Shown: positions 1 to 10,994, counted from the first letter of the stretch. The stretch: 64,000 nucleotides of DNA from Trueperaceae bacterium (GCA_965213705.1 OZ243913.1:3136001-3200000), one strand, 5' to 3'. Program-made: numbers and translations. Notes: generated by a model not told the origin, from the letters alone.

Positions 1-234
1 TTCGTCGTCGTGTTGCCTGAAACTCTTCCCCACCACGCGGCGCACGTTTTTGAACGCATCCGCGCGGCGGTAGCGAATCACGCTTGGTACCGGATTCAGC
101 CCGGCCTGAACGTCACCGTCAGTATCGGCATTTCCGGCGACCTCTCGGTTGCGAGTTTCGACAAGCTCGTGGGTTTGGCGGATAAAAAACTCTACGAGGC
201 CAAACACAACGGTCGCAACCAGGTCAGGATATAG
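1..234 (+). CDS. GGDEF diguanylate cyclase domain, C-terminal part (5' truncated by window edge)
   Basis: Frame open from base 1: FVVVLPET...VTVSIGIS...ADKKLYEAKHNGRNQV, the typical GGDEF C-terminus. Confidence 0.85.
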   Translation, partial: FVVVLPETLPHHAAHVFERIRAAVANHAWYRIQPGLNVTVSIGISGDLSVASFDKLVGLADKKLYEAKHNGRNQVRI

Positions 235-305
235 GGTATAAAGGCCTTTTTTAGCCGTGACGGACGTTCGGCGTAGACGCAGTATCTGGTAAACTGTCAA
301 ACCTG

Positions 306-902
306 ATGAAGCAAAAAACTTTGGGCAAGGGCAGAATCATCTTTCTGAACGGCACCTCGAGTTCCGGCAAGTCGAGCATTGCCAAGGCGCTTCAAAACTT
401 GCTCGAGACACCTTTTCTTCACGTCTCAGCCGACGACTTTCTGTCGATGTTGCCCGAGCGTTTTGTAGACTACCTGTCGGGAGAGGCGGCGACAGAGGCT
501 GAGTTGGAGCAACTACGTCTGTATTTTCCTAAAGTTCTGGCTGGATTTCACGCCTCGCTAGCCGCCATGACGTCCGCAGGCAACAACTTGGTTGTCGACT
601 ACGTGTTTGAACAGCAAAATGACTTGCGCGTTTGTGTTGAAAAGCTGAGCGACGTGTGGGTCTTGTTCGTCGGCGTTCACTGTTCCCTGGACGAGCTCGA
701 GCGCCGTGAGAAAGGACGTGACAGGCTACAGGGGCTTGCCAGAGCCCAGCTCGGTGTCGTACACGCTCACGGAGTCTACGACGTCGAGGTGGACACTACG
801 CAAAAGAGTGTTGAGGAATGTGCCGAGCACATAAAACGTGTGTTTGACGACACCCCTGAACCCGACGCTTTCAAGCGGCTCAGGTCCGCGCTGCTGAGCT
901 AG
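306..902 (+). CDS. Chloramphenicol phosphotransferase-like (CPT family) P-loop kinase
   Basis: IIFLNGTSSSGKS Walker A, GNNLVVD, FVGVHC..ELERRE..RDR..GLA, YDVEVDT. Confidence 0.8.
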   Translation: MKQKTLGKGRIIFLNGTSSSGKSSIAKALQNLLETPFLHVSADDFLSMLPERFVDYLSGEAATEAELEQLRLYFPKVLAGFHASLAAMTSAGNNLVVDYVFEQQNDLRVCVEKLSDVWVLFVGVHCSLDELERREKGRDRLQGLARAQLGVVHAHGVYDVEVDTTQKSVEECAEHIKRVFDDTPEPDAFKRLRSALLS

Positions 903-1864
903 TTTTCCGGGTCGGGGACGGCGTTGAACGCCGCGGGCGGTCCCAGCGAACGCCAGTTCCATTCGCCGTCGCGACGCGGCGGCCAGATGACGGCGGTGGC
1001 CTTGCCGGCGACGGCCAGGGCGGGAATGGGTCCGAAATATTTCGAGTCTTCGCTGCCGCCCGGCGAACGGTTGTCGCCCATCACAAAGTAGTGGCCTTCG
1101 GGCACGACGAGGTCGAGGACGAATGGCTCGCCCTCGGGGGCGTCTTGGGGCACGGGCTCGAGCGCGGCAATCGTGCTGCCATAAAAAAGCTGTACGTTTC
1201 CGTCGGTGACCGGCAAGGGGTCGGGGTAGTAAGTGTCCAGCGGCAACCGGCTCGGCAGCGCGGCCCCGGCCTGGGTGTCGAAGCCGACCGAAAACCCCGT
1301 CACCCTACCGTCTTCTTGGGTCACGACCGGAAAGTCGACCGGCTCGGGCTGAATTTCGCCCGTGGCGGTGATAAAACCCTGGTCGACGGGTGCGTCGTTG
1401 ACATAGACTTGCCCGCCTTCGATACGCACGTGGTCACCCGGCACGCCGACGACGCGCTTGATAAAAAAGGGGCGGCACTGATAGAGGACTTGGGCCGGCA
1501 AAAAGCAGTTCGTTTCAATCTGCGCGTGCGGCGAGTTGGCGGGCTCGCGCACCACCACGATGTTGCCGCGCTGGTAGTCGCCCAGCACGCCCAAACGGCG
1601 CAACCAGGTGTCGTACTTGGGGATGAACACGCGGTCGCCGGTGAGGAGCGACTGTAAGACGTTGCTGCTGCCCACGCCGCCGTTTAGGTTGGGCCGCATC
1701 GAGCTGCCCACCACGCCGACGGTGTTGAAGGCGAAAGTAACAATCAAGAAAGCGACGACGAGCGCTTCGGCGTAGCCCCTCACCTCGTCCCAAAAGCGGT
1801 CGCTGGTGCTGGGGGTTTTGTCTGCGGGTGGCCCCTTGGCCGGGGCGGACTTGGTGTTTGCCAT
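899..1864 (-). CDS. lepB: Signal peptidase I
   Basis: TM segment then GSSMRPNL (catalytic Ser), FIKRVVGVPGD (Lys), YFVMGDNR..SEDS; start taken at MANTK. Confidence 0.92.
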   Translation of the reverse strand: MANTKSAPAKGPPADKTPSTSDRFWDEVRGYAEALVVAFLIVTFAFNTVGVVGSSMRPNLNGGVGSSNVLQSLLTGDRVFIPKYDTWLRRLGVLGDYQRGNIVVVREPANSPHAQIETNCFLPAQVLYQCRPFFIKRVVGVPGDHVRIEGGQVYVNDAPVDQGFITATGEIQPEPVDFPVVTQEDGRVTGFSVGFDTQAGAALPSRLPLDTYYPDPLPVTDGNVQLFYGSTIAALEPVPQDAPEGEPFVLDLVVPEGHYFVMGDNRSPGGSEDSKYFGPIPALAVAGKATAVIWPPRRDGEWNWRSLGPPAAFNAVPDPEN

Positions 1865-1869
1865 AGGGG

Positions 1870-2781
1870 CTAGTCTATCCTCTCGAGCGCGTTTAGCGCG
1901 TGACGTTCGGGCGAAACCTCCGCACGACGACGTTCTTGCCCCGACCAGGGCAGCAGCCCGGCTTCGGTAAACGCCTGCAGGGCCTGCTCTTCGCCGAGTT
2001 CGGTAACAGTCTTGACGGCGTAAAACGACTCGACCCGCACGTGCGGCATAGCGTGCTTGACGCGCACGTCGGCGGGGTGGAGGCAGTACTGCATCTCGGT
2101 CAGCACGCTCTGCATGATGTCGGTCGAGCGCAGCAGCATCTGCACCATCGGGTTGCGCCGCTCGAAGCGCATGGTGGCGATAAAACGCTCCCACCAGCGC
2201 CCGTCGGACGCGTCCGAAAAAGGTGAACGGCGCGGCGGCGTGGTGTCCGAGGCGATGGTGTAGTTCGCGTCCAAAAAACCCAGCGCCTCGACCGGGAGGT
2301 TGTTGATGATGCCGCCGTCGGCGAGCGTGCGCCCGCGGAACTGCAGCGGTTCGAAGGCGCCCGGGTAACAGCTCGAGGCCCGCAGCGCCGTAATCAGGTC
2401 GCCCTCGGTGATAATGACCTCTTCACCCGTTTCGACGTCGGCGGTGGTCACGGCGAGCGGTTTTTCAAGCTCGGCGAAGTCGCTCGGCAAATACTCGGCT
2501 AAAAAAGCGTGCAGACGTTCACCCTTGAAAAACCCGAACTGCAAAGAGAAGTCGATGACGTCGCGCCAGGAGAGCGAGCTGGCGACGGCGTGAATCTTGT
2601 CAGCCGAGTAACCCGCCGCGTAGAACGCACCCAAAACCGCGCCCATCGAGGTGCCCGCGACCACGTCTACTTTCAACTCGGTGCGCTCCAAGGCTCGCAA
2701 CACCCCGATGTGCGCGAAGGCCCGCGCCCCGCCGCCGCTCAAAACGAGACCCACCTTACGCTGCCGTTTGGCCGTTTCCAT
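1870..2781 (-). CDS. Patatin-like phospholipase (RssA/NTE family)
   Basis: LSGGGARAFAHIG, GTSMG nucleophile elbow, DGG motif. Confidence 0.9.
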   Translation of the reverse strand: METAKRQRKVGLVLSGGGARAFAHIGVLRALERTELKVDVVAGTSMGAVLGAFYAAGYSADKIHAVASSLSWRDVIDFSLQFGFFKGERLHAFLAEYLPSDFAELEKPLAVTTADVETGEEVIITEGDLITALRASSCYPGAFEPLQFRGRTLADGGIINNLPVEALGFLDANYTIASDTTPPRRSPFSDASDGRWWERFIATMRFERRNPMVQMLLRSTDIMQSVLTEMQYCLHPADVRVKHAMPHVRVESFYAVKTVTELGEEQALQAFTEAGLLPWSGQERRRAEVSPERHALNALERID

Positions 2782-2847
2782 GCCCGCCAATGTAGCACCC
2801 CGGCGTGCCGAACGGAGTAACGAAGTCTTGAAGGCGGCCCCGCCGGG

Positions 2848-4137
2848 TTGCACCCGAACCGGGTTACACTCGGGGGCGTGGCGGGACAAGTGCTGAACCG
2901 GGCGGGGCTGACCTTGCCGCAGTCGCACTACGACACGGTCGTGGTCGGCGGCGGGCTGCTCGGCTTGGCGTGCGCTTTCTACCTGCGCGCGCTGCAGCCC
3001 GAAGCGTCCCTCCTCGTCGTCGAACAAGACGGTATTCCGAGCGAGGAGGGCGCGACGTTCGCTTCGCCGGCCGTGGTCGGGGTCGAGTTTGGAGGAGTTA
3101 AATTTGGAGGTGCCGAGTTTAGAAGTTCCGCGGTGCAGCGCCGAGCCGACTGGGCACTGCGCGAGTTGGGGCACTTGTCCGGAGTCACCGGCGTCACGCG
3201 TCCGCACGACGTTCCCTTGCGCGCTGTGGGATTGTTGGACTTGCGAGAAACCGAGGCCGGAAACACGCAGCCGACCGAAACTCTGCTCGAGTCCCTAGCG
3301 CCGGAGCAGGCTCGAGGGATTCGAGAACTCGTCAACATAACCGCTTTTCCCCACGCGCGGATAGAGCCCCGCGGCGGCTACGGCAGCGCCGAGGCGGCGG
3401 CGCTCCACTACGGGCACGGGGCGCTCAAGCGCGGGGCCGACCTCGTGCTCAACACTCGAGCCGTGCCCCTGTCCGGAAGCGAGTTTAAGCTCGAGCGGCT
3501 CGAGTACGACCGCGCCATGCGGCGCGTGGTGACGGCGGTGGACAAGGTCACGGCCGAGAAAGTGGTCGTGGCGGCGGGGGCGAGCACGGTGCGAATCGTC
3601 GAAGACGCGCTCGGCGTGGTGCTGCCCTACAAGTCGGCTTACCGCCAGTACCCGCGCGTCGAGGCGGACGAACGCCTGCCGCTGCAAGACGGCCGCGTCC
3701 GTTTGCCGGTCGTCCGAGTAGCCGGTTTCAGCTTGCGCCCGCAAGGCGAAGGTTTGCTCGTCGTCCCGCCCGCGCCGCCGCCCGACCCGGACGGCTACGT
3801 GCCCACGGGCGCGCAGATGATGGGCGTGCGCGTCGGGGTGCGGCGGGAGCTGTTGGAGCGCTTGCTCGAGCACACGGACGAGGTTCCGGCCTTCGGCTGG
3901 GAAAGCCTCAACTTGGGCAAAACGGTTCACAGAGTGCGCGGCGCGTGGGACGTGCTGACGCCGACGGGGCAACCCGAATGGCGGCGCGCCGCAGAAACGA
4001 ACCTCTACGCCCTCGTCGGGGGCGAGCACGGTTTCGGTCTGGGCCTGGCGACGGCTTACGACCTGGCGGCGACGCTCTCCGGGCTGGGGGGGCGGCCTTG
4101 GAAAAGTACCGAGGACCGAGTGGAAAGTACCAAGTGA
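2848..4137 (+). CDS. FAD-dependent oxidoreductase (DAO-like)
   Basis: VVVGGGLLGLACA...LLVVEQ dinucleotide-binding motif; start codon uncertain. Confidence 0.7.
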   Translation: MHPNRVTLGGVAGQVLNRAGLTLPQSHYDTVVVGGGLLGLACAFYLRALQPEASLLVVEQDGIPSEEGATFASPAVVGVEFGGVKFGGAEFRSSAVQRRADWALRELGHLSGVTGVTRPHDVPLRAVGLLDLRETEAGNTQPTETLLESLAPEQARGIRELVNITAFPHARIEPRGGYGSAEAAALHYGHGALKRGADLVLNTRAVPLSGSEFKLERLEYDRAMRRVVTAVDKVTAEKVVVAAGASTVRIVEDALGVVLPYKSAYRQYPRVEADERLPLQDGRVRLPVVRVAGFSLRPQGEGLLVVPPAPPPDPDGYVPTGAQMMGVRVGVRRELLERLLEHTDEVPAFGWESLNLGKTVHRVRGAWDVLTPTGQPEWRRAAETNLYALVGGEHGFGLGLATAYDLAATLSGLGGRPWKSTEDRVESTK

Positions 4138-4183
4138 AAGTTAGGAAAGTCGTCCTCAGTACCCTCTGCTGTCTTTTCCTCGC

Positions 4184-6037
4184 TTAACCTTTTTTTGAGG
4201 CAGGAAGTCGAACGATGAAGACCTTGCTGCTTTTTGCGGGCAGCTCCACGTTCGCCACGCCGTCTTTGGCTTGTAGAGACTGAGACCTGAGCGCGGACTC
4301 GAGCCGTTCATCCTTCAAACCGGCCTTCCACACGGGCAGCTCGACGCTCACGGCCTCACCGCGGTTGACGGCGACGAGAACGACGTCGTCCCCCAACAAC
4401 CTTGCAAAGGCGTACACGTCACCTACGGCGTAAAGGCTTAAAAAAGCGCCCTCTTGCAGCACCTTGTGGTCGCGCCGCAGTTTGATGAGGGTTTGGTAGT
4501 GCGCGCGCAGGTCGTGGTCCCAGTCGCGCTCTTCCCACGGGAAGGTGCGCCTCGAGTCGGGGTCGTGACCGCCCATCAAGCCCACCTCGTCGCCGTAGTA
4601 CACGCAAGGCACGCCGGTGTAGGTGAAAAGCAGCGTCACGGCAATGTTCATCAAAGCCTTGTCGCCGCCGAGCAGCGTCAGCAAACGCGCGGTGTCGTGC
4701 GAGTCGAGCAGGTTGAACTGCGAAAGTTGAATCTCGAACGGGACGCGGCCCCGCGCTCGCAGTAACAAGTAGTCGAGGTCTCGAGCGTCTATCGCGACGC
4801 CGTCGCCCTGGTGATCCAAGCCCGCCAAAAACTCGACCACCGGCCGGGTGAAGCCGTAGTAATTCATGGCTCCGTCTTCCTGGTCGCCCTGCAGCCACTT
4901 CGTCGCCTCGAAAAAGTGCTCGCCCAAAAAGAAGGCTTGCGGGTTTTCCTGCCGCAACGTGCGCCGAAAGTGCCGGGCGTAGGTCGCGTTGTTCGTCGCC
5001 CCGGTGCCTTCGCCCAGCATGTGCAGCACGTCGAAACGCCAGCCGTCGATGCGGTAGGGCTCGCGCAGCCACGTCCTCAGCACGGCGTCGTCGTTTCCGT
5101 AAATTTTTTGCCTTACCGAAGGGTGGCTGTAGTTCAGCACCGGCAGCGTCCTGACGCCGTACCAGCCGAAGTAACTTTCGGGGTCGTCGCTGGTGAACGT
5201 GTAAAAACCGCGGGTCGGCGACTCGGCCGAACGGTAAGCGCCGGGCGTCGCGGCTTCACCGTAGCGGTCGAACCAGGCGTGCCGCTCCGAGGTGTGGTTG
5301 ACGACCGCGTCGAGAATAATTCTCATGCCTCGTTCGCGCAGCTCCCGGCACAGCCGCGCGAAGGTTTCTTTGCTGCCGAAGTGCGGGTCTATCTCGTCGT
5401 AATCGGCGGTGTCGTACTTGTGGCTGCTCGGCGAGGTGAAAATCGGGTTGAGGTACAGCGCGGTGACGCCCAAGTCCTGCAAGTACGGGAGTTTTTGTAG
5501 AATTCCGGCCAAATCGCCGCCGTAAAATTCGCGCGCGCCCTGCCGCCGGTCGGGAAGTTCACCCCAGGTCTTCGCCACGACGGGTTTGCCTTCGTAAAGA
5601 TACTCGCCGTCGCGGACGTTGTTGCCCTCGTCGCCGTCGAAAAAGCGTTCGGGAAAAATCTGGTAAAACACCTGCGACCACACCCAGCGCGCGGGCTCGT
5701 AGCCTGGGTTGAGGTGAAAGTGCAGGTCGCGCTCGGGAAAGTACGGCGTGACGCCCGCCTCGCTCAGCCAGTATTGCCGGCCGCCGACAATAAACTTGAA
5801 AGCGTAAAGGGTCACCTCTTCAGCCGGGTTGAGCCGTAAGGTTCCCTCGTAGAAGGTCCAGGTGGAGGTCGAGGCGGTTTCGCGCAGCGGGCTCAAGAAC
5901 TGTTCGTTGTCGGGTTCGCTGCGCAACCAGGCCCGCTCGAGCTTCGTTCCTACGGGTACGCGCAAGCGCAACCGGTACCGTCCGTCGCCGAGGTCCAAAA
6001 AGTCGGGAGTAGGGGCGTGAAACGCAAAAATTTCCAT
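4184..6037 (-). CDS. malZ: Maltodextrin glucosidase, GH13
   Basis: VFYQIFPERF, FYGGDL, LYLNPIF, HKYDT, DAVVNH, DGWRFDV, GEH, LLDSHDT, YYGDEVG. Confidence 0.88.
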   Translation of the reverse strand: MEIFAFHAPTPDFLDLGDGRYRLRLRVPVGTKLERAWLRSEPDNEQFLSPLRETASTSTWTFYEGTLRLNPAEEVTLYAFKFIVGGRQYWLSEAGVTPYFPERDLHFHLNPGYEPARWVWSQVFYQIFPERFFDGDEGNNVRDGEYLYEGKPVVAKTWGELPDRRQGAREFYGGDLAGILQKLPYLQDLGVTALYLNPIFTSPSSHKYDTADYDEIDPHFGSKETFARLCRELRERGMRIILDAVVNHTSERHAWFDRYGEAATPGAYRSAESPTRGFYTFTSDDPESYFGWYGVRTLPVLNYSHPSVRQKIYGNDDAVLRTWLREPYRIDGWRFDVLHMLGEGTGATNNATYARHFRRTLRQENPQAFFLGEHFFEATKWLQGDQEDGAMNYYGFTRPVVEFLAGLDHQGDGVAIDARDLDYLLLRARGRVPFEIQLSQFNLLDSHDTARLLTLLGGDKALMNIAVTLLFTYTGVPCVYYGDEVGLMGGHDPDSRRTFPWEERDWDHDLRAHYQTLIKLRRDHKVLQEGAFLSLYAVGDVYAFARLLGDDVVLVAVNRGEAVSVELPVWKAGLKDERLESALRSQSLQAKDGVANVELPAKSSKVFIVRLPASKKG

Positions 6038-6183
6038 GCGCGCCAGCTTACCAGAGGCGCGCGCCGGAGCGGTCGGGGGCGCAGCGTACGTTGGTGCCCA
6101 ACTCTGCAGCGGTCGTACTGGCACGGGCAAAAGCGTAGCCGGCAAACTTGTACCGGGGGCGCGACGGTTTAAGATTGAGGACG

Positions 6184-7068
6184 ATGACTGAAGAAAACAA
6201 ACCCCTGGCGGCCAGCGTCGTCATTCCTTGTTACAACTGCGCCGACGTGGTCGGTGAACAGCTCGCGGGGCTTGCAGACCAAGCGTTTGCCCGTCCTTGG
6301 GAAGTCTTGCTTATTGATAACGGCGGCACGGACGACCTGGCCGCCGCCGTAGCGCCTTTTGCAGACCGGCTGCCGGAACTGCGCGTCGTCATGGCGACCG
6401 ACGCGCGCGGCTCGGCGCACGCCAGAAACGTCGGGGCGCGGCACGCCCGCGGCGACGTGCTGCTCTTCGCCGACGCCGACGACGTGGTCGGTGCGGGTTG
6501 GCTGGCGGCGATGGTCGAGGCTTTGGAGCGCCACCCGTTCGTCGCTTGCCGGATGGACTTCGAAAAACTCAACGCGCCGAGCGAGGGCCGGGCGCGAAGA
6601 AGTATCCAGCAACAGGACTTGCAAAGCTACACCTACCCGGACTTTTTACCCCACGCGGCCGGCGGGACGCTGGGCGTGAGGCGGGAGGTACACGAGGCCG
6701 TGGGCGGTTTCGACACCTCGCTTTTAAGGTTGCAAGACACCGACTACTGTTGGCGCATTCAGCTTGCCGGCTTTGAGATGGCGTTCGTGCCCGACGCGGT
6801 CATTCACTACCGGCTGCGCGAGACGCTTTCGGAAACGTGGCGCCAGGCTTTCAGGTACGGCGAGTACAACGTCAAACTGTACCAACTTTACAGGGGCAAG
6901 GGCATGGGCAAACTCACCGTTCGGCAAGGTCTGCGCGCCTGGTACTACCTGTTGCGACAACTCCCGCGCCTGTTGCGGGTCGACGCGCGCGCAAAGGTAG
7001 TTTGGAGTACGGCGTGGCGGCTCGGTCGTCTGTACGGCTCGCTGCGCTACCGCGTGTTCGCGTTGTAG
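6184..7068 (+). CDS. Glycosyltransferase family 2
   Basis: SVVIPCYN, IDNGGTD, ARNVG, FADADD, GGFD..L...QDTDY. Confidence 0.88.
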   Translation: MTEENKPLAASVVIPCYNCADVVGEQLAGLADQAFARPWEVLLIDNGGTDDLAAAVAPFADRLPELRVVMATDARGSAHARNVGARHARGDVLLFADADDVVGAGWLAAMVEALERHPFVACRMDFEKLNAPSEGRARRSIQQQDLQSYTYPDFLPHAAGGTLGVRREVHEAVGGFDTSLLRLQDTDYCWRIQLAGFEMAFVPDAVIHYRLRETLSETWRQAFRYGEYNVKLYQLYRGKGMGKLTVRQGLRAWYYLLRQLPRLLRVDARAKVVWSTAWRLGRLYGSLRYRVFAL

Positions 7069-7072
7069 CTTG

Positions 7073-7624
7073 ATGACCCTGCCCGACGTCCCCGAAACCC
7101 TCGAGACCCGTCGCCTCCTCATCCGACCGCCGCGTCTGGACGACGTGCCGGAGCTTTACGCGGCAGTCTGTGAATCGCTGCCGGCCTTGAAACCGTGGAT
7201 GCCTTGGGCGACGGACGCCTATTCTCTGCAAAGCTGCGAGGAGAACACGCGGAGCGCGGTGGCGAAGTTCATTACCCGCGAAGACCTCCGCTACCACTTT
7301 CACGACAAAACGACGGGCGAGTTGCTCGTTTGCAGCGGCCTGCACCGCATCGACTGGCGCGTGCCCAGGTTCGAAGTCGGCTACTGGTGCCGCAGTTCGC
7401 AATCCGGCCACGGCTACGTGAGCGAAGGCGTCGCGGCGTTGACCGAACTGGCCCTGGAAACTTTGGGGGCGGCAAGGGTCGAGATTCGTTGCGACGACCT
7501 GAACCTGCGTAGTTCCGGCGTGGCCGAGCGCTGCGGTTACAGGCTCGAGGGCGTCCTGAAACACGACACCCGTTCGCCTACGGGCGAGTTGCGCTCGACG
7601 CGCGTCTATGCGCGCACCGCGTAA
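7073..7624 (+). CDS. GNAT acetyltransferase, RimJ/RimL family
   Basis: LETRRLLIRP, EVGYW, GHGYVSE, N.RS..VAERCGY.LEG. Confidence 0.88.
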   Translation: MTLPDVPETLETRRLLIRPPRLDDVPELYAAVCESLPALKPWMPWATDAYSLQSCEENTRSAVAKFITREDLRYHFHDKTTGELLVCSGLHRIDWRVPRFEVGYWCRSSQSGHGYVSEGVAALTELALETLGAARVEIRCDDLNLRSSGVAERCGYRLEGVLKHDTRSPTGELRSTRVYARTA

Positions 7625-7675
7625 AGCCGTTTCAAACAAAGATGAAATTTCGCAAGGTGCAAAAGGCACCTTGTT

Positions 7676-7704
7676 CCCCTCCTTTTAGGAGGGGTCAGGG
7701 GAGG
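7676..7704. repeat. REP-like palindrome CCCCTCCT-TTT-AGGAGGGG followed by TCAGGGGAGG
   Basis: 8-bp perfect inverted repeat plus G-rich tail, in an intergenic region. Confidence 0.5.
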
Positions 7705-7742
7705 TCCGCTTCTGTAACGACCTCCGCAGTGCCTTTGCAGAA

Positions 7743-7772
7743 GCAAAGCCCCTTGTTTAAGAGGGGCTTTGC
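7743..7772. terminator. Hairpin between convergent GNAT and rpoD genes
   Basis: GCAAAGCCCCT / AGGGGCTTTGC 11-bp inverted repeat. Confidence 0.6.
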
Positions 7773-7892
7773 GGGTCCGTCTAGGGTGACTGTTAAACAC
7801 CCTCGAGTTTGAGCTGTTGAGCTTGAACTGCTGAGCTTGAACCGTGCCTCGAGCCCGACACCGTCAAAAAGTCGCTTAGTCTAAAATGTCGC

Positions 7893-9245
7893 TCAGTCCA
7901 GAAAGTCGCGCAGTTTGCGGGTACGGCTCTCGTGGTACTTGAGCTTGCGGAGCGCCTTGTTTTCAATCTGGCGGATGCGTTCTCTCGTCACGCCGAAGTA
8001 AGCGCCGACCTCTTCAAGCGTGTGTTCACGCCCGTCGACGAGGCCTTTGCGCAGCTTCAAGACCATCGCCTCGCGCTCGTTGAGCTTGTCTAGGGCTTCT
8101 TCGAGTTCTTCGCTCAAAATCGTCTTGCTGGCCTGCTCGACCGGCGACTCGACGTTGTCGTCGGGAATGAAGTCGCCGTAAAACGAGTCCTCCTCGTCGC
8201 CGATGGGCGTCTCCAAAGAAAACGGCTCGCGCGTGAGCTTGAAGGCCTCTTCAACCTTGTCGGCGGTCCAGTCCGGCCCCATCGCGTCGGCGATTTCTTC
8301 GTAAGAGGGTTCGCGCGACAGCTCTTGCTGCAGTCGCCGTGAAGCGCGGGTGAGTTTGTTGATGGTCTCGACCATGTGAACCGGAATGCGGATGGTGCGC
8401 GACTGGTCGGCGATGGCCCGGTTGATGGCCTGGCGTATCCACCAGGTCGCGTAGGTGCTGAACTTGTAGCGGCGGCGGTACTCGAACTTCTCCACCGCGC
8501 GAATCAGGCCCTGGTTGCCCTCTTGGATGAGGTCTAAAAAGCTCATGCCGCGCCCGTTGTACTTCTTGGCGATGGACACGACCAAACGCAGGTTCGCTTC
8601 GATAAGGTGTTGCCGGGCGAGTTCACCGTCCTCGACGACGCGGCCTAGTGAACGTTTTTGGCGCTCTTCCAAAGCGTCGGTTTCCTCGGTCAGGCGCACT
8701 TTGGCCGCTTCGCCGTCTTCGATGCGCCGCGCCAAGCTGATTTCTTCTTCCAGTTTGAGCAGGTCAACCTTGCCGATTTCTTGCAGGTACTGCCGCACCG
8801 GGTCGTTGGTGCGCACGCGCGAGTCCGACATCGCCTCGGCGCGCGCTTCCAGTTCTTCGCGGTCGGGCTCGTCGTTGCCGAGGTCGTTTATCTCGTCGTC
8901 GACGTCCGAGTCAACGTCGATTTCCAAGTCTTCTAGGTCCTCGCCAAAACCTTCCAAGTCCTCGTCACCACTGATTTCGGCGTCGTCGATGACCTCGTCG
9001 TCGGCTAAGTCGGCGATGGCAATTTCTTTGGAGCCGAGCAGCTGTATCAAGTCTTCAAAGTTGGTGTTTTCGCTGTCTAAGTCCAGCTCTGCGAGCGCCT
9101 TGTTGAACGACTCGCTGATTTCAGCCGTGTCGAGGGTACCTTCGGACTGACCGCGCTCGACCAGCGCCGTGATGTGGGGAGACTCGAGCCAGACCTGACT
9201 CGCTTGTTCTTCGACCACTTCCTGCTTTACCTTAGCCTTTGCCAT
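7893..9245 (-). CDS. rpoD: Primary RNA polymerase sigma factor (sigma70 group 1)
   Basis: Acidic N-terminus, [61 protein letters not shown]...[10 protein letters not shown]. Confidence 0.95.
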   Translation of the reverse strand: MAKAKVKQEVVEEQASQVWLESPHITALVERGQSEGTLDTAEISESFNKALAELDLDSENTNFEDLIQLLGSKEIAIADLADDEVIDDAEISGDEDLEGFGEDLEDLEIDVDSDVDDEINDLGNDEPDREELEARAEAMSDSRVRTNDPVRQYLQEIGKVDLLKLEEEISLARRIEDGEAAKVRLTEETDALEERQKRSLGRVVEDGELARQHLIEANLRLVVSIAKKYNGRGMSFLDLIQEGNQGLIRAVEKFEYRRRYKFSTYATWWIRQAINRAIADQSRTIRIPVHMVETINKLTRASRRLQQELSREPSYEEIADAMGPDWTADKVEEAFKLTREPFSLETPIGDEEDSFYGDFIPDDNVESPVEQASKTILSEELEEALDKLNEREAMVLKLRKGLVDGREHTLEEVGAYFGVTRERIRQIENKALRKLKYHESRTRKLRDFLD

Positions 9246-9613
9246 AAAGCCTCCTTCACTTGGGTGCGGCAACTGGGTTGACGTCCTCGGGCCTTGAAAA
9301 CCCGGGTTTTGAAACGCACTACGTTTTGGGAATGTGGCGCCGTCCTAAAGCGCCCGTTTGTCAATAGTTACTCCAGTCGCCAAGGATAGCACCTTTTTGT
9401 GTTGGCGCTAGTTTGCGTTCCAGCTGTGGTCAACTTAACGCCGCTCGCGCGTGCGCCGATTTGCCGGCGCGTGAAACCCTGAAAAAAGGCTCCAAACCTC
9501 GACCCTGTGACGCCGGTCCGGCACCACCGGCACCAAGCCTCCGAGAACGTCGCGGGGTCAATGTGGGGCGCGCTCACGTCTTTTCGGCGGGGTTCTTGCG
9601 ATAGTGAAACCTT

Positions 9614-10645
9614 ATGCTTGCCCAGACCGAACCTGATAAACCCAACAAGTCCAAACGCGACTGGGACGTTGTCGTCGTCGGTGCCGGTGTGGCGGGTCTG
9701 AGCGCCGCGCGGGCGTTGCGCGCTGCGGGTGCGAACGTGCTCGTGTTGGAAAAAAGTCGCGGGCTCGGCGGCCGTTCGGCGACCCGCACCGTTCAAGGCA
9801 ACCGCGTCGACCACGGCGCGCAGTACTTCACCGTCCGGGACGAAGCGTTCAGGGCTCAGGTCGACGCGTGGCTCGAGACTGGCGACCTCGCCGTGTGGAG
9901 CCACGGTTTTCACACCCTGGACGAGGACGGCCTTCACGCACCCGACGAGGGCCACCCGCGCTACGTCTTTCCCGCGGGCATGAACACGTTCGGCAAGCTC
10001 CTCGCTGAAAACCTGGAAGTTAACCGAGAAACCCGCGTGACCGGCTTAAAACCCCGCGGCGACGTTTGGCAGCTCGAGACGAACGCAGACGGTGCGACCT
10101 TCGAAGCTCACACCGTCTTACTCAACCTGCCGCCCGAACAGGCCCTCGAGCTGTGCGCCGCGCACCTGGAAACGGGGCTGCGCGAAACGCTTCAGGGCGT
10201 CGTCATGCAACCTTGTTTCTCACTCATGGCCGGGTTCGATACCGACTCGAAACCCGAGTGGCGAGGGGTTAAATTCGCGCTGGGCGACAACCCCCTGGCC
10301 TGGGTGGCGCACGACAGCAGCAAGCGTGTGTTGCTCGGAGACACGCCCGAAAAAACCGCCCTGGTCGCGCACAGCACACCCGAGTTCGCTCGAGAACAGT
10401 ACGCGCTGCCCTTGGAAGAGGTCGAAGCGCTGCTCCTCACGGCGCTGCGTGACCTCGACCCGCGCTTCAGCGCGCCCCTCTGGACGAGTTTGCAACGCTG
10501 GCGCTACGCAACGGCAATTCGGCCTGCAGACAAACGCTGTCTACGACAGGGGGCGCTCCTTTTTTGCGGCGACTGGTGCGGCGGCAACAAGTTGGAAGAC
10601 GCTTACCTGTCGGGTTTGGCGGCGGCCAGCGCTCTGTCCGGCTGA
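9614..10645 (+). CDS. Renalase-like FAD/NAD(P)-dependent oxidoreductase
   Basis: VVGAGVAG, EKSRGLGGR.ATR, DHGAQYFT, QRWRYA, CGDW. Confidence 0.85.
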   Translation: MLAQTEPDKPNKSKRDWDVVVVGAGVAGLSAARALRAAGANVLVLEKSRGLGGRSATRTVQGNRVDHGAQYFTVRDEAFRAQVDAWLETGDLAVWSHGFHTLDEDGLHAPDEGHPRYVFPAGMNTFGKLLAENLEVNRETRVTGLKPRGDVWQLETNADGATFEAHTVLLNLPPEQALELCAAHLETGLRETLQGVVMQPCFSLMAGFDTDSKPEWRGVKFALGDNPLAWVAHDSSKRVLLGDTPEKTALVAHSTPEFAREQYALPLEEVEALLLTALRDLDPRFSAPLWTSLQRWRYATAIRPADKRCLRQGALLFCGDWCGGNKLEDAYLSGLAAASALSG

Positions 10646-10652
10646 CGCTCGA

Positions 10653-10994
10653 CTAAGCCCTGGCCCCGCTCGGAAAAATAAGAATCAGGTAATAAAGCAC
10701 CACCAAGCCGACCGGAGCCGAAAAGGTGAGAATAGCCAGCAGGTCGCGCTTTAGGTAAAACAGAAACCAACCCGCCAAGCTGAAAACGACGAGCGCTACC
10801 GGGTAAAGAAAATACAAGTTGCGCCAGAAACCCGTCAGGTAGATGTCGACAATCTGCCCGCCGTTGCCGGTCAGTAAAAAAAGCGCGCCCATCACCCAAA
10901 AAACCAGCACGCCCAAACCCGCAACTTGCAACGCCAGCGAGCTGAACAGTGCGAGGACGCGGTCACCCGTCATATCCGCCGTAGAGGTCTCCAT
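10653..10994 (-). CDS. Small hypothetical membrane protein (about 3 TM)
   Basis: Three hydrophobic segments; fills the gap between genes; start uncertain. Confidence 0.6.
   Translation of the reverse strand: METSTADMTGDRVLALFSSLALQVAGLGVLVFWVMGALFLLTGNGGQIVDIYLTGFWRNLYFLYPVALVVFSLAGWFLFYLKRDLLAILTFSAPVGLVVLYYLILIFPSGARA

Noticed and set aside
306..902. Chloramphenicol resistance gene
   Set aside because: CPT-family kinases are widespread, and the substrate cannot be inferred from motifs.
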